In this document: positions 9,515 to 18,051 of the stretch, in pieces
How positions within the stretch are numbered: the first letter of the stretch is position 1
How the letters are laid out: each line of letters starts with the position of its first letter
Origin: an uncultured virus (IMG/VR IMGVR_UViG_3300031416_000004)
Lineage: Duplodnaviria; Heunggongvirae; Uroviricota; Caudoviricetes
DNA length: 20,000 bases
Direction: 5' to 3' (one strand)
IMG/VR virus record: IMGVR_UViG_3300031416_000004
The notes under the pieces: generated by a model
Told to the model about the DNA's origin: nothing
Database searches by the model: none
The model's input: the letters and a program-made list of their open reading frames with translations, nothing else
Made by a program: the position numbers and the translations under genes

Positions 9515-9846
9515 CAGATTTCTTCGTCCTTGGAAGCAGCCTTTGCGGCGCCTTTCGGTTTTCCCTGGGGGTCACCTTCCGCGCCGGAAGCAGGTTTCGC
9601 TTCTTCAGCACCAAGCTGCTTTTCGACGTTGGTTGGTGCATCAGCTTCACCGGACTGAGATTTCGCGAGAATGACTTCGTCCTTCGTGGCCTTGCGGACG
9701 GCGTGGGCCGCTTCAAGCCTGTCAAATTCTTCCTGCTCCATCTCGACAACGCTGACACGCTGCGACGTAGATGCCGGGACGTATACCTTTTTGCCGTCTT
9801 CGCGACGGACGATCGTGTTAATGGCGTAAGCCTGTACCTTCGACAT
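9514..9846 (-). CDS. Small head-associated protein (gpFI position) with a low-complexity C-terminus
   Basis: AAAGGAA SD; immediately after the capsid gene; coupled to the next gene. Confidence 0.7.
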   Translation of the reverse strand: MSKVQAYAINTIVRREDGKKVYVPASTSQRVSVVEMEQEEFDRLEAAHAVRKATKDEVILAKSQSGEADAPTNVEKQLGAEEAKPASGAEGDPQGKPKGAAKAASKDEEI

Positions 9847-9894
9847 TTCGGAGTTCCTTTCAGGAGGCTAAAACTCAATAAATGGTTGATTATA

Positions 9895-9918
9895 TGGGCG
9901 ACTGACTAGAGCCGCCCA
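9895..9918 (-). terminator. Hairpin after the capsid gene (partial terminator or mRNA stabiliser)
   Basis: UGGGCGGCU-CUAGUC-AGUCGCCCA, with a G-U pair only on the minus strand; weak U tail. Confidence 0.5.
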
Positions 9919-9927
9919 ATCAGTGGT

Positions 9928-11022
9928 TTACGCGAGGACGCGGGCTTTCAACGTGCGGTTCGGATAGAGAACGAACGGCAGCGGCGAGGATTGATGCATC
10001 ACATAGACTTCGCCTGGGTCTTTCTCCGTCCACATCTTCGGGAAGACATCAACGGAAACAGCATCCGCCATCATGGCGTCAGCATCCCAAATCGCGCCGT
10101 AGGCGATGACACCCTGATTGCCGGGGGCCAGCATCAGAATGTCACGAGGATCGAGAATATCGACCATATCCCCGTTCGGAGCTTCCACCACGTCCTTGTA
10201 AGTCCAGATTTCCAAGGACTGCCCAATGCCGCCGAGCGTCATGACGTATGTCAGCGGCTCATCGATGTTGAGCATGCCACGCTGGATCGTGGTGCCCTCA
10301 CCGCCGCGGATCTGCGTGCTGAGCAGTTCCTTGATTGCGGTATTGTTCTGGAAGCACGGAACCACGTCGGCGCCGACGATGACACGGTTTGGCCGGCCGC
10401 CGAATTTCGCCTTATACACCAAGTTCGACCAAGTGGTCAGATCGCCGATGATGTCGGCTGAAGGGTCGTCCCAATGGTCGGTGGAAAGCGTGATCGTGTG
10501 GCCGGGGTCACGGCCAAAGTCAACAGTCACTTCCGGATGGGCCTGACCCTGATCGGCCGCATATGTGATGGTGTATTTGCCATCAATTACGGCTCGTGCA
10601 CAGAGCCATGCGATGGTCATGTCGATGGCACGCAAGTGGAACTGAATAACCTCCTGAACACGCTGATCGAAGCGCTCCTGAACGGTCGGCAGGCCGCCGT
10701 TGCGGAAAATCTGACTCGGCAGAACGTTCGCCGCTTCCTGCGGACGAACCGCATCCTTCGGCTTGATGTAAGGCGGCGTGACCGACTTGACGGTTTCGCC
10801 GCGGCGCTTGAAGATCGGCTTGCCCTGGCTAGAAGGCATTACGAACGGCGCCATCACCCGGTACGGAGTCGGAAGCTCAGAGATCAGGATCTCCTGCGTC
10901 TTGGACAGGTGCGGCGTGCTGCTGAAAAAGTTCTGGCGGAACCAGTCAGGGGTTGGGAGAAGACGGAGATCCTGCCGCTCCATATAGAGGTCGGCAGATG
11001 TCCAGTATTCGAACTTATCCAT
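9928..11022 (-). CDS. Major capsid protein (lambda gpE family)
   Basis: 364 aa; MAPFVMP, PPYIKPKDAV, VDFGRD, HQSSPLP motifs; follows the decoration gene. Confidence 0.93.
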   Translation of the reverse strand: MDKFEYWTSADLYMERQDLRLLPTPDWFRQNFFSSTPHLSKTQEILISELPTPYRVMAPFVMPSSQGKPIFKRRGETVKSVTPPYIKPKDAVRPQEAANVLPSQIFRNGGLPTVQERFDQRVQEVIQFHLRAIDMTIAWLCARAVIDGKYTITYAADQGQAHPEVTVDFGRDPGHTITLSTDHWDDPSADIIGDLTTWSNLVYKAKFGGRPNRVIVGADVVPCFQNNTAIKELLSTQIRGGEGTTIQRGMLNIDEPLTYVMTLGGIGQSLEIWTYKDVVEAPNGDMVDILDPRDILMLAPGNQGVIAYGAIWDADAMMADAVSVDVFPKMWTEKDPGEVYVMHQSSPLPFVLYPNRTLKARVLA

Positions 11023-11052
11023 TGCTTAGTTTCCTTGTTTCTGGATCTGCGT

Positions 11053-11487
11053 TTAGGGCAGGATCGGAGTGAACGATGCCAGCTTGCGCATGATGATTTG
11101 CGTCGGCGACGGAGCACCTTCGAACGCGTTCATCTTCAAAGCGTCGGTGTTGTAGGCGGCGTTCCAGACCAACAGGTCAGGATTAAAGCAGCCGGAGCGA
11201 TAGACGCGGCCAACCTTGTAGTTGGTCGAAGCGTCGGTCGTGATCGGGTAGGCGAGAATGCCGATGGCCTTGATCGTGCCTGTTGCGGCAACGATACGGC
11301 CGTTTGCGTCAAGGCCGACGACCGTCAGAGCGGCCAGTGTCTGGCTCGCAGCAACGGGATGGTCCATGACGAACTGCTCTGGCTGGCTTCCCGTGATGAG
11401 ACCTTCGGGAGTTACCCCGAAGTCCTGGGACCACTGCTGCGGCACGCCAACGGTCTCGGCGTAGTTCGGAGGTGTAATGGTAGGCAT
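11053..11487 (-). CDS. Head decoration protein (gpD-like)
   Basis: Between protease and capsid genes; AIGIL...VYRSGCFNPDLLVW motif. Confidence 0.88.
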   Translation of the reverse strand: MPTITPPNYAETVGVPQQWSQDFGVTPEGLITGSQPEQFVMDHPVAASQTLAALTVVGLDANGRIVAATGTIKAIGILAYPITTDASTNYKVGRVYRSGCFNPDLLVWNAAYNTDALKMNAFEGAPSPTQIIMRKLASFTPILP

Positions 11488-11550
11488 TTTGTTGACCTTT
11501 CACCAAATGGTTGATTTTCCGAGACGGCGGCGGACCGCCTTCGAGTTAAC

Positions 11551-11991
11551 TTACGCGGCGGGTTTCTGCAGGCCGGCTGCGGCACGGACCCGCTGACGAC
11601 GAAGCTGAGACTCGCTCATTTCGTTGTTGTCACCTTCACCGGGAGCACCAACGTCGGCGTTCTTGGTGCCATTCATGGCGTCCTGAAAGTTCCTGCCGGT
11701 GGCATTGGTCTTTGTGTTAGCCGCAGCGGCCTTTTCTTCCGGCATGTCCGCTAGCATCTCCGTGACCGTTTCGGCATCGAGCGATGCGAACTTGTCACCG
11801 GTCGCCATCTTGAGTGCCATGGAGGGCCGCTTCTTGCCTTCCTCGGAATTGACAATTGCCGAGATGCGGGTGCGTTCGGCGGTAGCGCCCTCGATCTTGC
11901 CGGCCTTCACACCTTCAGCGTGGCCTTCGGCGCGAGCGGTATCGACAGCAGCCTGATCGACTGCCGCGTCATTTTTCGTCTGTCCAGACAT
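11551..11991 (-). CDS. Nested in-frame scaffolding protein (Nu3-like, 146 aa)
   Basis: AAGGAG (12005-12000) 8 nt before in-frame ATG 11991; charged Ala-rich segment with AERTRISAI. Confidence 0.7.
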   Translation of the reverse strand: MSGQTKNDAAVDQAAVDTARAEGHAEGVKAGKIEGATAERTRISAIVNSEEGKKRPSMALKMATGDKFASLDAETVTEMLADMPEEKAAAANTKTNATGRNFQDAMNGTKNADVGAPGEGDNNEMSESQLRRQRVRAAAGLQKPAA

Positions 11992-12879
11992 GGTTTCGTC
12001 TCCTTCATCTGAGGACAGTTCTGCCGCAAATGCGGCGACGGAGTCGTCAAGCGTACCGATCGCATCGGCCAGCCCGTTCGACGTTGCTTGCGAAGCCGTG
12101 AATGTGAGAGCTTCGGTGTCCCGAACAGCTTTTTCATCCATGCCTCTATTCCGTGCCACGGTGGACACGAAAACTGCGCCAAGCTCGTCGATGCGAGCCT
12201 GGATGCGTTCTTTGACTTCTGGTTTCAGCGCCTCGTAGGGATTGCCATCAACCTTGTGGGCGCCGAAGTGAATGAAGGTGACCTTGTATCCGCGCTGCTC
12301 CATTGCGGCCGAGATATCGATGTGCGCTGTGACCACGCCGATCGAGCCGACGCCGCCAGTGCGCGACACCGTGATGGAATCTGCAACAGACGCGATCGAA
12401 TATGCTGCGGAATAGGCGCTTTCCATCGCATAGGCGCGGACAGGTTTGGTTCCACGAGCCGCGAACATCTTGTCGACGAGATCGAAATTGCCGGCTACCT
12501 CGCCACCGGGGGAGTCGATGATGAGCGCGATACCACGGACGCTTCCGTCTTCCAGTCCGCGTTCGAAGGCTTTCTGGATGTAGGCGTAACCGGTTGCCCA
12601 CGATCCGAAGGCATAGGGGAAGTCGTGCAGGAGAACACCCTTAACCGGAATCATCAATACGCCGTCCTTGACGACATACGGGCGCAACATCGAACGGAAC
12701 GAACCAGGTTCGCCCCACCAGTTTTCGTCGACAGACGCCATCTCAGCCTTATATTCCGGCGAGTTCATCTGTGCGGCAACCATGTGCAGCGAAGCTTCGA
12801 AGATGCCTTGCATTTCCGGCGCAACGATCGAGGGCTTCTGGTCGAAACGGGCGAGAAGCGGGTTCATGTTATTCGGCAT
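11551..12879 (-). CDS. S49 family prohead protease (gpC-like)
   Basis: IDSPGGEV, AYSAAYSIAS and VGSIGV motifs; start taken at ATG 12879 (GAGG SD), overlapping the portal end. Confidence 0.93.
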   Translation of the reverse strand: MPNNMNPLLARFDQKPSIVAPEMQGIFEASLHMVAAQMNSPEYKAEMASVDENWWGEPGSFRSMLRPYVVKDGVLMIPVKGVLLHDFPYAFGSWATGYAYIQKAFERGLEDGSVRGIALIIDSPGGEVAGNFDLVDKMFAARGTKPVRAYAMESAYSAAYSIASVADSITVSRTGGVGSIGVVTAHIDISAAMEQRGYKVTFIHFGAHKVDGNPYEALKPEVKERIQARIDELGAVFVSTVARNRGMDEKAVRDTEALTFTASQATSNGLADAIGTLDDSVAAFAAELSSDEGDETMSGQTKNDAAVDQAAVDTARAEGHAEGVKAGKIEGATAERTRISAIVNSEEGKKRPSMALKMATGDKFASLDAETVTEMLADMPEEKAAAANTKTNATGRNFQDAMNGTKNADVGAPGEGDNNEMSESQLRRQRVRAAAGLQKPAA

Positions 12880-14677
12880 CGAGGCCTCGCTTGTCTGGAT
12901 TTGGATGGCGGGCATCCATGAAGTTGTTCGCGAGGGTTCCGTTCTCGCTACCGAGGATGTCTGAGAAATCGTGCTTTGCGGCTTCGCTGACGTTCTTTTC
13001 ACCGGAAGCGGCGTTCACGGTATTGTCCTGAACATCATCGATGTAAGTGAGATCGTAGTGCTCGAACTCCTTCTTCTCGCGTGCGACCTGACGCAGTTCA
13101 CGGCGCCAGTCGCTACCGTGGATGCGTGCAAGTTCACGTTCGTAGGTCGAGAGCTTGTGCTTGATGAGAAGAACCGAAGACTGAGTTTCTTTGAGGGGGT
13201 CAATCTGGCCGCGTGCCGCACCGATCCACTCGCAAGCGGTAATTGCTTCCATAGCGAGCGGCGCGTAAAGCCATGCGCTGTCGGAACCCATGCGCTTCGG
13301 CAGGGACTTGATAACGCCTTTGTTGATCGCTTCTTCGAGCCACAGGCGATAGACGATGTTGGCGAACCGATCGGCGACAACCTTTTTGCGGCCGACCATG
13401 AACTTCCATGTCTCGGTCATCGCGGCGCGGGCGGAGGAATAATTCGTCTCGGTGTAATCCTTGGAAAGCTGTTCGTAAGATACGCCGAGCAGCGCCGCGA
13501 TATTGCGCAGAATGGATTGCTCGAACTCCATACCAAGCGGTGCACCCTGACCGGGAGTCTGCATCTTGAGTTTCGAGCCGAGCGGCAGTGCCGGAATGCG
13601 GACGCCGTTGAGCTTCAACTGATCAGCGCCGGCCATGAAGTCCGACATGACTTCAAGGTGTTGGCCGAGACCCTGCTTGATTGCCGTGTCAGCATCCGTG
13701 TCAGACGCCATCAGGCGAGCGAAGATATCCTGCGCGGGCAGATCGGATTCAACGACGGCGGCGTATGTAGCCTGGACCACGGCGTTCTGAAGCGCCACGT
13801 CGCGGAACTGGCGAGCCATGTGCGTTTCGCGAATGCCGGCAGCCATGTCAGACATGCCACGGGTCTGGTTCGGACGCATCTGCTCGAACAGGTGAATAAA
13901 CTGAGGACGACCCCACCAGAGTTTCGCCGGCAGGCGCTCCCACTGATAGGCTTGTGTCAGATAGACATCGCGAGGATTGGCCTTGCGGATGTGATAGTGG
14001 GTCGGAACGTGATCCTGATTGACCTCGACGCCGCCGATGATGAAGGCGTTCGCTAGCCTGTCCATCGGAGTGGAGAGACGGTCTACATCGATCATTCGAA
14101 TCGATGTGCTGAACGGGCGATCGGACTTCGCAGACCGGTCCCAATCGACAGCGGCAAGCACTTCACCGCACATCAGGTAGGTGCCAACGGCCTGGCGAAC
14201 CAGCATTGTGAAGGAGTTACGGCGGGTGGAGTCGATGTAATTCGCATCGGACTCGGCCCACAGGCCGAACTTTTCTTCGACTTCTTCCTGAAACTCGTCT
14301 TCCCATGTCTCGTCGAGCTTGCCCATCAGCACTTGGCTGTTCGGCTTGGCGTTCAGAAGGAACTGGCTGCCAACGATGTTGTCCTGGTGAAGGCGCTGGC
14401 CGTTCTGCGCGTAGGCGTCGTTCTGCAGGATGTTGCGAATACGGGCGTCGGAAAGGCGCTTCGCCGGCATGATGTCCTGATCGGCCGTGCGGTTTCCCGG
14501 CTGCCAGAGCGCCAGTTCACGTGAAAACCGGCTCGCGCCTTCGTAGGCTTCGCCTGCAATGGCCGTTTCTTTACCCGCGCCTGACGCCACCCTGATAACG
14601 TCAGGCGCGGGAGTGCTCGAAACACCTTGGGAGGAGTCGGGACCGAGCACATCTGTGAAATCTTTGGGAGATGCCAT
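12869..14677 (-). CDS. Portal protein, lambda gpB family
   Basis: QTRGMS, LGVSYEQLSKDYTETNYSSARA and IDPLKE motifs; ATG 14677 overlaps the gpW stop. Confidence 0.95.
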   Translation of the reverse strand: MASPKDFTDVLGPDSSQGVSSTPAPDVIRVASGAGKETAIAGEAYEGASRFSRELALWQPGNRTADQDIMPAKRLSDARIRNILQNDAYAQNGQRLHQDNIVGSQFLLNAKPNSQVLMGKLDETWEDEFQEEVEEKFGLWAESDANYIDSTRRNSFTMLVRQAVGTYLMCGEVLAAVDWDRSAKSDRPFSTSIRMIDVDRLSTPMDRLANAFIIGGVEVNQDHVPTHYHIRKANPRDVYLTQAYQWERLPAKLWWGRPQFIHLFEQMRPNQTRGMSDMAAGIRETHMARQFRDVALQNAVVQATYAAVVESDLPAQDIFARLMASDTDADTAIKQGLGQHLEVMSDFMAGADQLKLNGVRIPALPLGSKLKMQTPGQGAPLGMEFEQSILRNIAALLGVSYEQLSKDYTETNYSSARAAMTETWKFMVGRKKVVADRFANIVYRLWLEEAINKGVIKSLPKRMGSDSAWLYAPLAMEAITACEWIGAARGQIDPLKETQSSVLLIKHKLSTYERELARIHGSDWRRELRQVAREKKEFEHYDLTYIDDVQDNTVNAASGEKNVSEAAKHDFSDILGSENGTLANNFMDARHPNPDKRGLDAE

Positions 14678-14886
14678 CAAAACCATGGGCGCATCGCCCC
14701 AACGGCTTTAGTTCTTGGAGAAAGCTCTGCTTCGAGCATGGCGATGTACGCACTTAGGTCGGCTCGGTTTGCTGCGGAGTATTCGACACGCTCACCGTTT
14801 TGATCGACCACCACGCGAACTCGCCTCCCGGTCATCAGATCGTGGAGGGCGGCTTTTGCGTCAGCGATACGTTCTTGCAGCGTCAT
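14677..14886 (-). CDS. gpW-family head-tail adaptor
   Basis: ALHDLMTGRRV...VDQNGERVEYSAANRADLSAYI motif; between terL and portal. Confidence 0.9.
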   Translation of the reverse strand: MTLQERIADAKAALHDLMTGRRVRVVVDQNGERVEYSAANRADLSAYIAMLEAELSPRTKAVGAMRPWF

Positions 14887-14915
14887 TCAAAAGGCCGATC
14901 TACAGAGTTGTTATC

Positions 14916-15017
14916 TCCGTATAATCGACCTTTTGTTGATTTGCAAACTGTTAGTTGATTTTCAATATTTCCGATCACTATGGAACGACCGATTTACAAA
15001 GTCAACTATTTGTTGAT
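14916..15017 (-). promoter_or_regulatory. Two tandem putative promoters (TTGACT-17-CATAGT and TTGCAA-17-TATACG) with three operator-like boxes
   Basis: -35/-10 at 15000-15005/14977-14982 and at 14941-14946/14918-14923; boxes at 14924-14940, 14943-14959 and 15001-15017. Confidence 0.6.
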
Positions 15018-15020
15018 TAT

Positions 15021-17111
15021 TCAGGCAAGAGTTTTCGCCAGTGCACCGAAGTCGTAGGACTTCTTCTGCGGTGTATGAAAGGCGGGTTCTTCCGTGTCAC
15101 CAAAAACCAGGATGTTCTCATCCCATGTCTCTGCCCACTTGGGCGGACTGTCCCAAAAGCCAACGCGGGTCGCACGCACTTCTTCATGGCGCAGCATACC
15201 GAGAGCGTAATAGGTCAAGTCCCACGCTTCATTGTGCCGTCGATTGTTCTTCGGCGGCTCCCAACCCTTGTCGGTCCGGTTTTCAGCAGTCAGCTGCGAA
15301 TAGAACCACGTTTCGGCCCAATGTGGGAATGTCCACCTTCCGCCGCCCGCATCCGTGCGATCGAATTGACCGGCGAGCGTATCTTTCAGTTCGTTCGAAT
15401 TCAGATACCAGACTGGCACGTCACCGCGAGCAGTGTTCAGCTTGTCCTTCTGTTGCGCGTCTGGATAGTGTTTGCTGGCGGTCTGGATGTTCCGGTTCGG
15501 CATACCCTTGACCAGTGCGAACCGTCCTGACAGACCGTGATCATTGCGCAGCCGGCGCCAGAACTCACGCGCCTGAACGGAAACACCATCTTCACCGCCA
15601 TAGTCGCTTGCGGTCAGTTTGATCGACATGCGCCGGCCGGAACCGTCAGCAAGTGGGTACGTCTTGTTGATGACGGCGTCGATCAGCAGATCCCAATCTT
15701 CGGCGTATGCGGCAGGGTTCATCGGCAGTTTATCGCCGGATTCATCCAGCCGGTTGGACTTCAACATGCGGAACATGTCGATGACCCACGCATCACCGCC
15801 TTCACCAAAACCTGTCACCTGGATGACGAAACCGCGGCGGCTACCGGACTGGATGTCCACGGTCGCAATCAGAAAGCGCACGCCATGGGGAACGGTTGGT
15901 TCCTCCTTGGATGAACCCCAATTGTCGGCCCGCTCCATCAGTGTTTCGGGCGTGCGAGCGTCAACCAGTGCTTTAGGGATATAGGGCATGCCGAGGTTCG
16001 TGTTGGTGAACTTGCGCAGTGCGCCTTCATCACCAGTTGCCTCGAACCCCGCTTTGGCGCGCAGGTAATCCGTAACCAGTCCAGACCACGTTTGGTATTT
16101 CGCGCATGGTCCCTTGAGCCAAAAGGAAGCGATATCGGACACGACACCATTACCGTGAATGTTGCCCTGATCATCAAGATACTGACCGTCACGCAGCCAC
16201 TTGCCGTTCTCGTTGAGCTCCTGTCGATCTTCGAACAGATGATCGTGCTGGCAGTGCGTGCAGCGCATCGTCGCCATCTCGCCCGCTTCAAGAAAATCCT
16301 TCGTGTCAGGATAGTTCATGCACGAGAAGTCGGGCTCGAATCCGTTACCGCAAGACAGGCACCGCCAATAGAACCTGCGGCGATCGCCGCGGTTGTAGAC
16401 TTCGAGCAGCCCTTTTGCCGGTGGCGCCTGATGCTTCGATGTTGGAATCCATTTTGCATCATCCAACTCCCGACCTGGCGATCCTTCTGCCAGTGTCATG
16501 CCGAAGCGGCGGAATGTGAAAGTGCGCATCTTGGCGAGATCAAAAGCGTTACCCTCGCCATCGATGTCAAGCGGCATGTGGTCGTAGTCGTTGAGCCAGA
16601 CGCGCTGTACCGTCTTACCTGAAAACTCGGTGATAGTCGGCCACTTAATGATCAGGTCCATGCCGTTGCGGAAGCGCACGTCGTGGGTGTTGTATTCGAG
16701 GATCTGAGCTTGGACCTTGGCGTTCTGATTGAAGAAGCGCCGCAATTCCTTGTTCGACCAGTCGCGAGCACTGTCGCGCTTCATATGGACGATCATCATG
16801 TCCGCAGGATCGCAGAGCGCACTGTGATTGAGCCAGTTGATGCCCATTTCAGATTTAGAAGATCGAGCAGGCCCGACGAAAACCATACCGGTGTGACTAA
16901 GGCTGCCAAGCGTATCAGCCGGCTCGCGCATGTAAGGGACGCTGGAATTGTCCCACTTGAGCCCGTCGATGTACCGATACTTCTGTGCCGACTCGGAAAC
17001 CGTAAGCCGCTCTGGCGGGCGCACCGAAGCACTTGTCTCGACAATCATGGCTTCGAGACTGCGGTATTTCGGAGTTGTCTTCAGATCAAATAGCGTCGTC
17101 AGTAGTGTCAT
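15021..17111 (-). CDS. terL: Terminase large subunit (lambda GpA family); start uncertain (17111 or 17048)
   Basis: RPPERLTVSE; Walker A-like GPARSSKSE; Walker B-like WLNDYD; CxxC pairs; ATVDIQ and NEAWDL nuclease motifs. Confidence 0.95.
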   Translation of the reverse strand: MTLLTTLFDLKTTPKYRSLEAMIVETSASVRPPERLTVSESAQKYRYIDGLKWDNSSVPYMREPADTLGSLSHTGMVFVGPARSSKSEMGINWLNHSALCDPADMMIVHMKRDSARDWSNKELRRFFNQNAKVQAQILEYNTHDVRFRNGMDLIIKWPTITEFSGKTVQRVWLNDYDHMPLDIDGEGNAFDLAKMRTFTFRRFGMTLAEGSPGRELDDAKWIPTSKHQAPPAKGLLEVYNRGDRRRFYWRCLSCGNGFEPDFSCMNYPDTKDFLEAGEMATMRCTHCQHDHLFEDRQELNENGKWLRDGQYLDDQGNIHGNGVVSDIASFWLKGPCAKYQTWSGLVTDYLRAKAGFEATGDEGALRKFTNTNLGMPYIPKALVDARTPETLMERADNWGSSKEEPTVPHGVRFLIATVDIQSGSRRGFVIQVTGFGEGGDAWVIDMFRMLKSNRLDESGDKLPMNPAAYAEDWDLLIDAVINKTYPLADGSGRRMSIKLTASDYGGEDGVSVQAREFWRRLRNDHGLSGRFALVKGMPNRNIQTASKHYPDAQQKDKLNTARGDVPVWYLNSNELKDTLAGQFDRTDAGGGRWTFPHWAETWFYSQLTAENRTDKGWEPPKNNRRHNEAWDLTYYALGMLRHEEVRATRVGFWDSPPKWAETWDENILVFGDTEEPAFHTPQKKSYDFGALAKTLA

Positions 17112-17754
17112 ACAGATCGGCAATCTTACTGCGGGTCGTGGATTTTTTATCGATGTCGACCAACGCTCCGTGGAGTTCGTTCAAAAGCTGATCGACCAGG
17201 CCGACCAGGAGAGAGTGCTGCTTCGGTGTCAGGCCGCCCTTTTCTTCCACGCTGTCAGCCCAAAGCATGGTGTGGCTGCGGATTGACTTGAACGCATCCC
17301 CGAGAACCTTCAGCACAGACTGCGTCGGCCACAATTCCCCGGCCAGTGTCTGATACTTCAGTTCCTTGATCTGCGCGTTCCAGAACGACTCGCGAAGGTT
17401 TTCCGGAAGGTCTTCGGCCTTTAGCTTTTTCATGGCCGCTTGCAGATCCTTAACAGGATCTACGAGATACGCGGCAGCCGTCGCCAGGTCGTAATGTTTG
17501 GCGCCACCGTCCCGAAGCGGCGGACAGTCTGCGAGCGAGGCGACCACAGCAGCGCGGGACATCCGGAACACTTTGGACAGCCAATCGACCGAGACACCCG
17601 TGTAGATGTCGTCAAGCTGCAGGAGCTTGTTGTCGCCGATCGCCTTGTATTTCATGTTCGAAGGGGGCGCTTTCTTAAAGCTACCTTTCGGTCGACCGCG
17701 ACTGCGGGCGGGGCTGTTATCAGAACCGAGAATGTCGTCGAAAATATCTGCCAT
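17086..17754 (-). CDS. terS: Terminase small subunit (DUF1441/Nu1-like)
   Basis: Directly upstream of terL; HTH-like VSVDWLSKVFRMSRAAV; YDLATAAAYLVDP and LAGELWPTQSV motifs. Confidence 0.8.
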   Translation of the reverse strand: MADIFDDILGSDNSPARSRGRPKGSFKKAPPSNMKYKAIGDNKLLQLDDIYTGVSVDWLSKVFRMSRAAVVASLADCPPLRDGGAKHYDLATAAAYLVDPVKDLQAAMKKLKAEDLPENLRESFWNAQIKELKYQTLAGELWPTQSVLKVLGDAFKSIRSHTMLWADSVEEKGGLTPKQHSLLVGLVDQLLNELHGALVDIDKKSTTRSKIADLYDTTDDAI

Positions 17755-17969
17755 TATCTGGACTGAGCCCTTTCACGCATCCACTCATCAACTTCGGATT
17801 CAACCCAAACAGTTGAGCTTCCGATTTTGATGCTGCGCGGGAATTCGCCGGTCTCCGTCATGCGCCAAATTGTGGTGCGACCGAGGGGGACCCGTTCAAG
17901 AACCTGCTTTACGCGCAGGAACCTCATCGGCTCTGATGGCTGTTCGCCGGTTGTCGCAACGTGTTGCAA
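17754..17969 (-). CDS. alpA: AlpA-family regulator/excisionase (alternative start ATG 17927)
   Basis: FLRVKQVLERVPLGRTTIWRM...GEFPRSIKIG...WVESEVDEW is the AlpA signature; TAATG overlap with terS. Confidence 0.9.
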   Translation of the reverse strand: MQHVATTGEQPSEPMRFLRVKQVLERVPLGRTTIWRMTETGEFPRSIKIGSSTVWVESEVDEWMRERAQSR

Positions 17970-17995
17970 TTCGTTTCATCCCGTTCGTTACGGAG

Positions 17996-18051
17996 ACAAT
18001 AATCACCTTTTTGTTGATTTAGCAAGCATGATGTGTCAACTGTTTGTTGTC
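17996..18051 (-). promoter_or_regulatory. Putative alpA-terS promoter (TTGCTA-18-TATTGT) with boxes at 18002-18018 and 18035-18051
   Basis: -35 at 18020-18025 and -10 at 17996-18001; the motif lies within the spacer. Confidence 0.55.

Noticed and set aside
11526..11539. Intrinsic terminator GGCGG-TCCG-CCGCC after the protease gene
   Set aside because: Only a 5-bp stem with no U-tract; at most a stabilising hairpin
12880..13002. Extended protease N-terminus
   Set aside because: Lies inside the portal gene; an SD supports ATG 12879
12..17830. Many long + strand ORFs (e.g. 1074-1958, 3096-4061, 5986-7059, 10474-11514, 12971-14056)
   Set aside because: Antisense shadows of GC-rich minus-strand genes, with no recognisable motifs
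313..18051. CRISPR array or DGR repeats
   Set aside because: The repeats are short, dispersed and degenerate; there is no spacer periodicity, cas gene or reverse transcriptase in the window
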